A DNA stretch of 64,000 nucleotides from Capsulimonadaceae bacterium (lineage in GTDB: Bacteria > Armatimonadota > Armatimonadia > Armatimonadales > Capsulimonadaceae), in NCBI GenBank assembly GCA_965277885.1, contig CBDIDS010000003.1:3019205-3083204 (forward strand), read 5' to 3'. Shown here one piece after another: positions 44,913 to 53,237 of this stretch. The translations under genes were made by a program, and so were the position numbers. The notes beneath the pieces were generated by a model. That model was given only the letters and a program-made list of their open reading frames with translations, was not told where the DNA came from and searched no databases. Numbering within the stretch: the stretch's first letter is position 1; every line of letters starts with the position of its first letter.

Positions 44913-45380
44913 ATGACAGTAATCACAACACTGGAACTTACACAAGCGCAGGCGGATAGCTTGCAGGTGCGAACAACTCAGAGCCGGGAGAAATGGGAGC
45001 ATAACACGGGTCTGCTGGCAGATGATGTTCAAAGTTGGGCGGCTCAAGAGGCGGCAGCGCGGAACTGGCGCGTGGAGCGGGAGCAGAAAGAACTGGCTGA
45101 GGAAGTGGTCGGCGGGGCGTATCGTGTGCCGGTCATCACAATTCATGCACCGCAGGGGAAGTTGGTTTTGGAGCCGGTTGCGCGGGGGACTGTTGGGTCA
45201 CAGGGGCGGGTGGATTTGTCTGCCTGGCCGAGCTTGTTCCGGGTCATGCTGCTTCATAAGCCTCTCGGTCAGGGGCGGGGCTTGGAGTGGATCGTGCGAA
45301 CCGACTCCGGGCTGGACTGGCCGCAGGCGTGGAGCCGCGAGACGTTTTTGACGCTGGCGGAAGGTTTGCTGAACGCCTAG
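44913..45380 (+). CDS. Hypothetical protein (155 aa), translationally coupled to the downstream HEPN-motif gene
   Basis: ORF only. No motif recognised. Its stop TAG (45378-45380) overlaps the GTG of the next ORF. Confidence 0.5.
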   Translation: MTVITTLELTQAQADSLQVRTTQSREKWEHNTGLLADDVQSWAAQEAAARNWRVEREQKELAEEVVGGAYRVPVITIHAPQGKLVLEPVARGTVGSQGRVDLSAWPSLFRVMLLHKPLGQGRGLEWIVRTDSGLDWPQAWSRETFLTLAEGLLNA

Positions 45381-45796
45381 TGAGTCATCTCCATGTGCAG
45401 CGTCTGGTCGTAATCGCGGAAGACTATTCGGCGGTGCGTCAGGCCGTTTCCCGGTCGCTTCAGAATACCTGCCTTCCCGGCTATGCCATGCTGAACCGGG
45501 CGGAGAGCGGCCTGGAGACGGCGTACATCGCACGGCTGTTTGTCGAGTTTGAGGGCGTCCTGCGCCTGTACCTCAGCACGAACGATCCGCGTGGGCGCAC
45601 TGTCCCGCGTGCTATGTATTCTGTGATCAATCGCGCGGCTTCCGTTTGGGGCGTTCCGAACGGCATTCGAGACGATGTGCAGCGGGCGCGTGAGTACCGC
45701 AACTCTGTGGTTCACCCCGACGGCACGACTCGCGCCGCGATTGCTTTTGGTGATGCCCGGAGCATTCTGAGCAAGTTCCTGGCGCGTCTGCCTTAG
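45380..45796 (+). CDS. Putative HEPN-domain protein (R-N-x-x-x-H motif)
   Basis: AREYRNSVVHPDG (motif nt 45698-45715) near the C-terminus of a ~138-aa, apparently helical protein (ETAYIARLFVEFEGVLRLYL). Confidence 0.5.
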   Translation: MSHLHVQRLVVIAEDYSAVRQAVSRSLQNTCLPGYAMLNRAESGLETAYIARLFVEFEGVLRLYLSTNDPRGRTVPRAMYSVINRAASVWGVPNGIRDDVQRAREYRNSVVHPDGTTRAAIAFGDARSILSKFLARLP

Positions 45797-47790
45797 TTTC
45801 GCCGGAGGGTCAAGACGGCGATGTCGTCGTGGAAGCGGCCGTTGGCGTAGTCGCCGGCTAACCGGACGAGGGTTTCGGCTTGGGACTGGGCGGAGGCGGC
45901 TTGGGGCAGGGCGGCGAAGTGGCGGGTGAGGCCCTGGGTGCCGAGCAGGTCGCGGCGGGTGGGGCCGGCTTCGGAAAGGCCGTCGGTGTAGAGAAGCAGG
46001 GTGTCGCCGAGGGCGAGCGTCAGAGACTGGTCGCTGTAGAGGGCATTCTGGTCCACGCCGAGCGGCGGGCCGGTGGTTTGGAGTTCTTCAATGGCGCTCC
46101 CCCCGGCGCGGCGGAGGAGGCCCGGCTCGTGGCCGCAGGAAGCGTAAGTAATCTGCCCCGTTGCAGCGTCGTAGACGCCGACAAACGCCGTGACGAAGCC
46201 GACCAGCAGGTCGTGGGCCGTGACAATGGCATTGAGGCTGGCGGCGGCCTGGGCGGGGCGCTGGGACAGATACAGGGTTGTGCGGAGGGAGTTGCGAATC
46301 AGCGCAAGCTGGGCCGCCGCCGCCAGTCCCTTGCCGGACACGTCGCCGAGGACAATCGCGTGCAGTTCTTTGTCCAGCGGGAAGATGTCGAAAAAGTCGC
46401 CGCCGACCTGCGCTTCCTGCAAAGCAGGCCGGGTGAATGACCCGACTTCCAGGCCCGGCACGGACGCCGGCAGGGGCGGCTGAAGCGCGTCCTGGAGCTG
46501 GGCGGCGATGTTGCGCTCCCGCGCGGCGATCCGGTCGCGCTCGTCTTCCAGCGCCTTGCGCTCGGTGATGTCCTGGTAGAACACCGACACGCCGCCGTCC
46601 GCCGATGGGTACGCCCGCACCTCGACCCACAAATTGAGCGGCCGATAAAACTCCTCAAACGTCACCTGCACCTGTTCGTGGGCGGCCCGGCGGTAGGCCG
46701 TTTCAAACCGAGTGCCGAGCGTCGCCGGAAACTCATCCCAAAAAATTCGGCCCAGCAGCTCCTCGCGCGTCCGGTTCATTACTTTTTCGGACTGGTCGTT
46801 GACATAGGTGAAGCGCCAGTCGCGGTCGAACGCCATAAAGGCATCCCCGATGCTTTCCAAAATCCGGCTGGTCGCCTCGGCCTCGCGGGTCAGGGCGCGG
46901 GCCTGCCGCGTCACTTCCACCGTCAGCCAGGTGCGCTCGACGACCGTTTGCAGCAAAGCGACTTCTTCCGGCGTCCAGCGCCGGAGAACGCTGCTGTGAA
47001 CGCCGAGGCAGGAGACCAGCCGGTCGGAATGGACGACCGGGACGCCGATATGAGCGCGAATGCCGAGGGCGTCATAGGTAGGAATGCTGTCCGGCGGAAC
47101 CTGGGCGGGATCGGCGTGAACGTCGTCTACGACCACGGATTTCCCCGCCACATAGGCCGCCCCGACAGCGTCGCCGAACGCAGAAATCGGAAAGACGCCC
47201 GCCATGCTGACCACCGAGTCGTCGGCCCGGTAATCCGGCTGGGTCGTGCAGGTGTCGGCCTCGATGTCAATGTCCACAAAGACGCAGCGGGCGACCCCGA
47301 AAAACTCGCCCACCGAGCGCAGGGCATCGGCTATGACATCATCGGGGTTAGACAGTCGCCGCGCTCGGTCGGCCAGGTCTGTGAGAAACTTCTCGCGCCG
47401 CCGCCGCTCTACCTGCTCGGTGACATCATGGAAGAAGACTGATAAGCCGTCAATCGTCGGAAATGCCCGCACCTCAAACCAGATGCCGAGCGGCGGAAAG
47501 TGAGCTTCAAACGACGCAGCCGTCTGCTCGGCGACGGCACGGCGGTACTCGCGCTCAAAAACCGAGCCGACGGCATCCGGGAATTCTTCCCAGACAGTGC
47601 ATCCCAGCAGGTCGCCGCGCGTCCGGGACAGCAGGCGCTCGGCCTGGGCGTTCACATAGGTAAAGCGCCAGTCGGTGCCGAGGGCAAAGAACGCATCGGT
47701 GATGCTTTCCAGAATACCGACGGCGGCGCTGCCGGGCAGCAGCGCTGCCGGCTGGGAGAGGGGTTGAGTTTGGGGCGGGAGGTCAGTCAA
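45793..47790 (-). CDS. PAS-GAF-PAS sensor fused to a PP2C/SpoIIE-type phosphatase (RsbU-like)
   Basis: Two WRFTYVN PAS cores and a central GAF-like region. GGDFFDIFPL...VLGDVSGKGLAAA...YASCGHEPGLL...LLLYTDGLSEA. Confidence 0.85.
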   Translation of the reverse strand: MTDLPPQTQPLSQPAALLPGSAAVGILESITDAFFALGTDWRFTYVNAQAERLLSRTRGDLLGCTVWEEFPDAVGSVFEREYRRAVAEQTAASFEAHFPPLGIWFEVRAFPTIDGLSVFFHDVTEQVERRRREKFLTDLADRARRLSNPDDVIADALRSVGEFFGVARCVFVDIDIEADTCTTQPDYRADDSVVSMAGVFPISAFGDAVGAAYVAGKSVVVDDVHADPAQVPPDSIPTYDALGIRAHIGVPVVHSDRLVSCLGVHSSVLRRWTPEEVALLQTVVERTWLTVEVTRQARALTREAEATSRILESIGDAFMAFDRDWRFTYVNDQSEKVMNRTREELLGRIFWDEFPATLGTRFETAYRRAAHEQVQVTFEEFYRPLNLWVEVRAYPSADGGVSVFYQDITERKALEDERDRIAARERNIAAQLQDALQPPLPASVPGLEVGSFTRPALQEAQVGGDFFDIFPLDKELHAIVLGDVSGKGLAAAAQLALIRNSLRTTLYLSQRPAQAAASLNAIVTAHDLLVGFVTAFVGVYDAATGQITYASCGHEPGLLRRAGGSAIEELQTTGPPLGVDQNALYSDQSLTLALGDTLLLYTDGLSEAGPTRRDLLGTQGLTRHFAALPQAASAQSQAETLVRLAGDYANGRFHDDIAVLTLRRN

Positions 47791-47874
47791 AGTCTCGGCC
47801 TAGCGTCCTTTTCGGTCGTTTTATTATACCATGCATCGGCCAAACTCTCAGCATGAAAATGCCTGCCGGGCAGA

Positions 47875-48945
47875 TTAAAATACCGGCCAGCCGTCCAGTG
47901 GCGCGATCCGATCTTGTTCCAGCACGATCGTCGTGCCGGCAGGGCCGGTCAGCAGGAAAACGCGGTCGGCAGTCGTCAAAATCATCTTGAAGCCGTGGCC
48001 CATCGTCCCCGCCGTGCTGTAGCCGCGCCGCAGGGTCGCTTTCGGCAGCTCCGCCAGGGGAATGCCGCCGCCGACGTCCTCCACACGCACCTGCACCGTC
48101 CCGTGCTCGTCCAAAGACACAAAGCCGCAGCCGTCCTCCGAATGCACGACTGCATTCATGCCGGCTTCCCCGACCGCCGTTTCCAGATCGTCCCCGCGGG
48201 TCCCGGTGATCCCCGCCGCCCGGCAGGCGCTGACGGTCTGGCGGCGCAGATCGCGGATACCGCCGCCGCCCAGCGTAATCGGCCCGGCAAAGGGGGCCAG
48301 CGGCGGCGGCAGGTCGTCCCCCGACAGGCACAGGGTCAGCCGCCCTTCGGTCACGCTCGACAGCACATCCCGCAGGAACCCCTGCTGCTGCCGGACGGTC
48401 TGCTGCGACTCCCGCAGCAGGCGCTCCCGGTCGGTGATCAGCTCGCCCTGCAAAGTCACATGGCGCATCAGCTCGATGCGCCCGGTGATCTGCCGGGCCA
48501 GCAGCCGCAGAACGGCCGCCTGGGCGTCGGTCAAGCGGCGCGGGACGCGGTCTATGATGCACAGCGAGCCTAGCCCAAAGCCTTCCGAAGTCACCAGCGG
48601 CGCCCCGGCATAAAACCGGATAAACGGCTCGCCGGTGACCAGCGGGTTTCGGGCAAACCGCGTGTCGCTGCGGGCGTCCGGCACGACCATCAGATCCGGC
48701 TGCAAAATCGTGTGGGCGCAGAACGAGATCGCACGGGGGTCCTGCGTTTTGTCCTGGCCGACGGCGGCTTTGGACCACTGCCGGTCGGCGTCCACGAGAT
48801 TGATGGCGGCCGTCGGAACCCGGCACAGCTCGGCGGCGAGCTGAACGGCTTCGTCGAAGACGACCTCCGGCAGGGTATCCAAAATCGCGCACTGGCGCAG
48901 CCATTGAAGGCGCTGCGCTTCGTTTTCAGGGATCGGAGCGGTCAT
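47875..48945 (-). CDS. GAF domain fused to an RsbW/SpoIIAB-like HATPase (anti-sigma-type Ser kinase) domain
   Basis: ENEAQRLQWL...AAINLVDADRQW...FYAGAPLVTSEGFGLGSLCIID (GAF). AVGEAGMNAVVHS...VEDVGGGIP...GHGFKMI (HATPase). Confidence 0.7.
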   Translation of the reverse strand: MTAPIPENEAQRLQWLRQCAILDTLPEVVFDEAVQLAAELCRVPTAAINLVDADRQWSKAAVGQDKTQDPRAISFCAHTILQPDLMVVPDARSDTRFARNPLVTGEPFIRFYAGAPLVTSEGFGLGSLCIIDRVPRRLTDAQAAVLRLLARQITGRIELMRHVTLQGELITDRERLLRESQQTVRQQQGFLRDVLSSVTEGRLTLCLSGDDLPPPLAPFAGPITLGGGGIRDLRRQTVSACRAAGITGTRGDDLETAVGEAGMNAVVHSEDGCGFVSLDEHGTVQVRVEDVGGGIPLAELPKATLRRGYSTAGTMGHGFKMILTTADRVFLLTGPAGTTIVLEQDRIAPLDGWPVF

Positions 48946-49044
48946 GCTTTTATTGTTCCACTTTTCGCACGGATTCCTGCCGGTTTTTCGGCGCGTGCTT
49001 CTTCGGGAAGGACGGAAGCCCGGCGCAGGCTGCTTCTTCTGTCC

Positions 49045-49941
49045 CTATGCAATCCCGACACCGCCGGTGACGCCGAAGACCTCGCCGGTGATGTAGCTGC
49101 CTTCCTGGGATGCCAGCAGGACATACACCGGGGCGATCTCGACCGGCTGGCCCGGACGCCCCAGTGGAACTGTGCTGCCGAACGTCTTTAGCTTTTCCTG
49201 CGTTGTGCCGCCGCTCGGCTGAAGCGGCGTCCAGAACGGCCCCGGCGCGACAGCGTTGGCCCGCACTCCCTGTTTGATCATCTGCTTGGAGAGAGTCTTT
49301 GTGAAGTCCACAATGGCCGCTTTGGTCATCGCGTAGTCCATCAGCCCTTCCGACGGATGATACGCCTGCACCGATGCTGTGTTGATAATCGCCGCCCCCG
49401 GCAGGAGGTGCGGCACGGCGGCTTTGGTGATCCAGAACAGCGCGTACAGGTTGGTCTTCAGCGTCCGGTCAAACGCTTCCGTTGTGATGTCTAAAATGTT
49501 CGGCTCGGTCGTCTGCGCCCCCGCGTTGTTGACTAAAATGTCCAGCCCACCGAGTTCTTTGACGGCGGTTTCAACTAAAGTCGTGCAGAACGCCTCGCTC
49601 GTAATATCGCCGGGGATCGCCACGCCTTTGCGCCCGGAGGCTTCAACAAGGCGGATCACCTCGCGGGCGTCTTCTTCTTCCGCCGGCAGAAAGCCGATGG
49701 CGACATCCGCGCCTTCGCGGGCATAAGCAATCGCAGCGGCGCGTCCGATGCCGGAGTCGCCGCCGGTGATCAGCGCCTTGCGCCCGGCGAGCTTGCCGGA
49801 GCCGACATAGCTGGTTTCGCCGCAGTCGGGAACCGGGGTCATCTTGCCGCCGAGGCCGGGCGCGGGCTGCGGCTGTTTTTCAAACGGCGGCTTCGGGTAT
49901 TGTTCGCGCGGGTCTTGTTTCAGGAGCCTGCTGTCGGGCAT
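49045..49941 (-). CDS. Short-chain dehydrogenase/reductase, YghA/YdaD-like
   Basis: ALITGGDSGIGRAAA, NNAG, Y-x-x-x-K (YAMTKAA). SD GGAGG before ATG 49941. Confidence 0.85.
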   Translation of the reverse strand: MPDSRLLKQDPREQYPKPPFEKQPQPAPGLGGKMTPVPDCGETSYVGSGKLAGRKALITGGDSGIGRAAAIAYAREGADVAIGFLPAEEEDAREVIRLVEASGRKGVAIPGDITSEAFCTTLVETAVKELGGLDILVNNAGAQTTEPNILDITTEAFDRTLKTNLYALFWITKAAVPHLLPGAAIINTASVQAYHPSEGLMDYAMTKAAIVDFTKTLSKQMIKQGVRANAVAPGPFWTPLQPSGGTTQEKLKTFGSTVPLGRPGQPVEIAPVYVLLASQEGSYITGEVFGVTGGVGIA

Positions 49942-50014
49942 GGGGAGCCTCCAAAGATGAGATGCTCTCTTGTACCCAGACGGCAAAGTGTTGAGACGGA
50001 AGCCCCAGAGAGCC

Positions 50015-50959
50015 TCACGGCAGCGTCTGCTCCGTGTCAGTCGGGCCGAGGCAGCGCGGGCGTCCGTCCGGCCAGGCCAGCGGGTCAAGGCACATCCGCC
50101 GAGCCGTAAGCGCGGTATCCCACGCATGGTACACCATAAACTCCGTTCCATCCGGGGCCGTTGTCACCGAGCAGTGGCCCGGCCCGACGACCTTCCCTTC
50201 CACGCCCGACAGCACGACCGGCCCGGCTTCCGGCTCGGCGTAGGGGCCCAGGACCGAGTCAGCGACCGCATAGCCGACCCCATAGGCGCCGCCGTTCCAG
50301 TTGCCGCCGCTGTACAGCAGCACATAGCGGCCGCCGTGCTTGAGCAGGGTCGGCCCTTCCAGCGTATGCCAGGCTTCCCAGATTTTGCCGTAGAGCGGCC
50401 GCTGCCGCTCATAGATCTGCCAGTCGTCCGATGCCCGCAAAAGCGTTGTCACCGGACCCGCCGCCGAAACCATGTCGTCGGCCAGAAGTATCCCCGCCAG
50501 CGCCGTGCCGGGGCGGGCGTCGAAGAAATCCGTCGCAAACAGCAGATACCACCGGCCGTCTACGGGGTCTTGGAAGGGATGGGGGTCAATGGCAAAGTGA
50601 TCGCGGCCCGGCAGCAGCGGCCCGGCTTCGGTAAACGGCCCGGCGGGATGATCGCTGACCGCCGCGTACAGCCGGTGGGTCTCATCGCCGCCGTCCGCTG
50701 CCGAATAATACAAGTAAAACTTGCCGTCCCGCTCCGCCGCTTCCGGCGCCCAGTACGCCGTCCGCGCCGTCCCGGCAGGAGGCGTCAGCGCCCCGCCCCT
50801 TGCCTCCCACTGCACCAGGTCGCGGGAGTGCAGCACGGGAAAAACACGCCCATCCGCCGTTCCCGGCCCGGTGCCGTAAGCGAAGTATTCCTCGCCGACT
50901 TTCAAGACAAACGGATCGGCAAAGTAGCCGGGCCAGACCGGGTTTTGGTAAACAGTCAC
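50015..50959 (-). CDS. Glycoside hydrolase family 43-like protein
   Basis: NPVWPGYFADPFVLKVGEEYFAYGT...WAPE...GKFYLYYSA. GTG 50959 has GAGGGA upstream. The track's longer ORF runs into repeat B4. Confidence 0.75.
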   Translation of the reverse strand: MTVYQNPVWPGYFADPFVLKVGEEYFAYGTGPGTADGRVFPVLHSRDLVQWEARGGALTPPAGTARTAYWAPEAAERDGKFYLYYSAADGGDETHRLYAAVSDHPAGPFTEAGPLLPGRDHFAIDPHPFQDPVDGRWYLLFATDFFDARPGTALAGILLADDMVSAAGPVTTLLRASDDWQIYERQRPLYGKIWEAWHTLEGPTLLKHGGRYVLLYSGGNWNGGAYGVGYAVADSVLGPYAEPEAGPVVLSGVEGKVVGPGHCSVTTAPDGTEFMVYHAWDTALTARRMCLDPLAWPDGRPRCLGPTDTEQTLP

Positions 50960-50975
50960 AGGTTCCCTCAAAAAA

Positions 50976-51085
50976 GATGCCCCCGCCCCACTTCTGGGGA
51001 GCCGGATTAAGATAGGAGGGCGCGGCAAGCAGCTCCCCAACACTTCCTACTCCGTATGGCTCCCCAGAAGTGGGGCGGGGGGCTT
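50976..51085. repeat. MITE-like palindromic element, family B, copy 4
   Basis: gatgcccccgccccacttctggggagcc ... ggctccccagaagtggggcggggggc. The internal module is gggcgcggcaagcagctcccc. Confidence 0.75.
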
Positions 51086-51314
51086 AACCCCATCATAGCA
51101 AACTTCCCCTGCCGCCGTCAAGTGCCGCGCTGGCCCTAGATATTTTGCGACAATTCCGAAACGCCTGACAGCGCGGTTTATGTTAGATCGTTCTGCTTGT
51201 CCTGCTACATTTCGCATCCCGTACACGCCGCCGCCGCGCAACTACCCCATTGACGCGCCTTAACTGCCGATGCTGGCTGTTGACTTTGCGTCCTGGGTAT
51301 GCAATACTATATTT

Positions 51315-51381
51315 ACGCTGCCGAAACAAGGGCAGCAAATAATATAAAAGAAAGCGGCAGCCACCCGGCTGCCGCTTTTTT
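51315..51381 (+). ncRNA. Candidate small RNA or 5'-leader attenuator: hairpin, A/U-rich linker, intrinsic terminator
   Basis: Putative promoter TTGACT (51280-51285), 17 nt, TGc-AATACT (51300-51308). Hairpin gctgcc-gaaacaag-ggcagc (51317-51336). Linker aaataatataaaagaaa. Hairpin gcggcagcc-accc-ggctgccgc (51354-51375) plus T6 (51376-51381). Confidence 0.4.
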
Positions 51382-51514
51382 GCTTGTGAAGAGTTACGGC
51401 CGACACATCTCCCCGCCGGGCTTGCTCACTACGCTGGGATTGTCGACGAGGCAAGTCTATACCAAGTAGAACCCCCCTGCTCTGAAAGGCAGGGTGTTTA
51501 AGGAGAGGCTGAAT

Positions 51515-52195
51515 ATGAACGACGTTGACTTGCTGGCAAATGTTCTTCGTTCGCGTTTTAATCATGTCGCCATTCGTGAGGATTATGGCTGGCCTCGTAA
51601 CTCTGCACTTTCTGTCATCGATTGCGTCTTATCGCTGAACCGCAGGTATGATGGGTTTGTCTTGCCGCGCGTGGAAGCATTCGCTCGACAACACCCTGAG
51701 GTTACAGAGTTAGCGCATCTAGCGGAAATGTTAGACAGCTACCCTGTGCTTGGCGAGTTTTGTTTGCGAGAGTTTAACTACAACCATGTCCAGCGTGAAC
51801 AAACACTGCGTGGGGTTCTCCGGCACTTGATGTCTGTTCAGGCCAAGCGCCCAGGAACCGACGAATGGGATCGCTTGCATGCATGGGCGAGCCTGGTCAA
51901 GCCGGGTGACTATCTCTCTGTAGGCGTTCCTGGTTTTGGGCTGTCTGGTTTTCAATATATGCGAATGCTATTTGGGGCGCAGACGACCAAGCCGGATGTC
52001 CATGTTATCCGCTTTGTCTCGCAGATAGCCGGTCGTAGAGTGAGCGATGCGCAAGCTTTACAACTTTTGGAAGCGGCAGCCGGTCAAGTTAGCTTGCCGC
52101 TTCGAGAGGTGGACGGTGCTATCTGGGAAGCCAGTGCGCGTGGGGCTTTATCTGGCGTTCCCAGCGGTTCAGTGCGAGCCTTTATAAGTGGATGA
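51515..52195 (+). CDS. Hypothetical protein with a helix-hairpin-helix-like segment
   Basis: SD AAGGAGAGG before ATG 51515. VGVPGFGLSGFQYMRMLFGAQTTKPDVHVIRFV resembles the HhH plus D-x-H-v-x-R segment of EndoIII-type proteins. Otherwise unrecognised. Lower-G+C islet. Confidence 0.55.
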   Translation: MNDVDLLANVLRSRFNHVAIREDYGWPRNSALSVIDCVLSLNRRYDGFVLPRVEAFARQHPEVTELAHLAEMLDSYPVLGEFCLREFNYNHVQREQTLRGVLRHLMSVQAKRPGTDEWDRLHAWASLVKPGDYLSVGVPGFGLSGFQYMRMLFGAQTTKPDVHVIRFVSQIAGRRVSDAQALQLLEAAAGQVSLPLREVDGAIWEASARGALSGVPSGSVRAFISG

Positions 52196-52431
52196 CCAGC
52201 CGAGCGCCGCTCGCAGACGCTGGGCTGAATTGAACCAAAAACACAGGTGGCCTGTGTTGGTTTGACATAAAAGCAGCCGGAACCAGTCAGGGTAACACGC
52301 TCGCCGGACTGGATTGCCTCGTAAAGCGTTTCTGTGACGCCGCCCAGCCAGGCCGCCGCTGTTTTATCATCCGTCTGCATTCGTTCTGCAAGCCGTGCCG
52401 TGAGAGCCGGGTCCTGTTTTCGTTGTGCCAT
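52084..52431 (-). CDS. HU/IHF-like small DNA-binding protein (N-terminal two thirds); the C-terminus is doubtful
   Basis: LTARLAERMQTDDKTAAAWLGGVTETLYEAIQSGERVTLTGSGCFYVK matches the HU helix-helix-strand pattern. The tail after the T5 run (A5 at 52237-52241 on +) is not HU-like and overlaps the convergent gene. Confidence 0.4.
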   Translation of the reverse strand: MAQRKQDPALTARLAERMQTDDKTAAAWLGGVTETLYEAIQSGERVTLTGSGCFYVKPTQATCVFGSIQPSVCERRSAGHPLIKARTEPLGTPDKAPRALASQIAPSTSRSGKLT

Positions 52432-52436
52432 TGGAA

Positions 52437-52742
52437 TTAATAGTCTCCGGTTTGCCAGGCCCGGTAGAGACTCAGAAGACGTTGCATTTCGTCGGGCAGG
52501 CCCGCGTCATCTAAATCTTCAACCCCTATCCAGCGCTGCTTTTCCTGACGGATGACCAAGCATTGCAGCACGTCGGTGCTGCTGATCCGAAAGCCGAGAA
52601 CTTCAACCGGCATTTCAAGCAGCGCGGCTGGGAAGGGGGTGGGTACTGCATCCTCAAAGGCGACTTCCCAGGAAGCCATCTGCTCGTATTCGTCGTAGGT
52701 ATCAACAAGAAGTTCTTCAATTTCTTCCCGTGGTGTCGGCAT
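52437..52742 (-). CDS. Small acidic hypothetical protein (101 aa)
   Basis: EEIEELLVDTYDEYEQMASWEVAFEDAVPTPFPA...VEVLGF. It resembles small proteins I have seen in cyanobacterial accessory regions, but I cannot name the family. Confidence 0.5.
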   Translation of the reverse strand: MPTPREEIEELLVDTYDEYEQMASWEVAFEDAVPTPFPAALLEMPVEVLGFRISSTDVLQCLVIRQEKQRWIGVEDLDDAGLPDEMQRLLSLYRAWQTGDY

Positions 52743-52851
52743 AAAAGACCCTCACAAAAATAGTCATGCCGAAGAACCTCACCCAGTCTCTGCACCGGCT
52801 GCCCGGAAGGCAAGCGCCGACGGGGTCAAGCGGGGTCAAGTTCCTTCTCGT

Positions 52852-53160
52852 CTATGCGTCGGCCTTCTCCCGGAACCCGTAACTGGCATGGGCGTCGTAA
52901 TCCATGCCGTAGATGCGCTTCAAGTCTACAACCGCCGCGAGCGACTTCTTGCCGTGCGGGCTGGCGCACATCTGCCCTTCATGGCCCGGCGCGGCTTCAA
53001 ACGAGTGCAGGACAATCTCTTCCAATAACTGCCCCAGCGTCATGTCCTTGAACTCGGCTAGTCCTTTCAAGACCTGTACCATCCGCTTCTCCATGCGGAC
53101 CCCAAGCTGCACCCGCTCCACGGCGACTTTCGGCTCCGCCTCCATCTCTGTCTGTGTCAT
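52852..53160 (-). CDS. Ribbon-helix-helix (CopG/Arc-like) domain protein
   Basis: VQLGVRMEKRMVQVLKGLAEFKDMTLGQLLEEIVLH (beta-strand, helix, helix pattern). SD AAAGGAGAAAG upstream. Confidence 0.55.
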   Translation of the reverse strand: MTQTEMEAEPKVAVERVQLGVRMEKRMVQVLKGLAEFKDMTLGQLLEEIVLHSFEAAPGHEGQMCASPHGKKSLAAVVDLKRIYGMDYDAHASYGFREKADA

Positions 53161-53179
53161 CGGCTTTCTCCTTTGGTTA

Positions 53180-53199
53180 ATAGTTATTTAAATGACTAT
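53180..53199. promoter_or_regulatory. 20-bp near-palindrome ATAGT-n-ATTTAAAT-n-ACTAT in the promoter region of the RHH gene (candidate operator)
   Basis: atagttatttaaatgactat, with 18/20 positions self-complementary, 20-40 nt upstream of ATG 53160. Confidence 0.35.
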
Positions 53200-53237
53200 G
53201 TAACAATATAACACATAAAGAGGTGGATGTCAAGGGG

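Noticed and set aside
51260-51565. 101-aa minus-strand ORF covering the candidate sRNA region.
   Set aside because: It has no RBS and odd composition. It spans a promoter-like element, two hairpins and a terminator, and overlaps the SD and start of the plus-strand gene at 51515.
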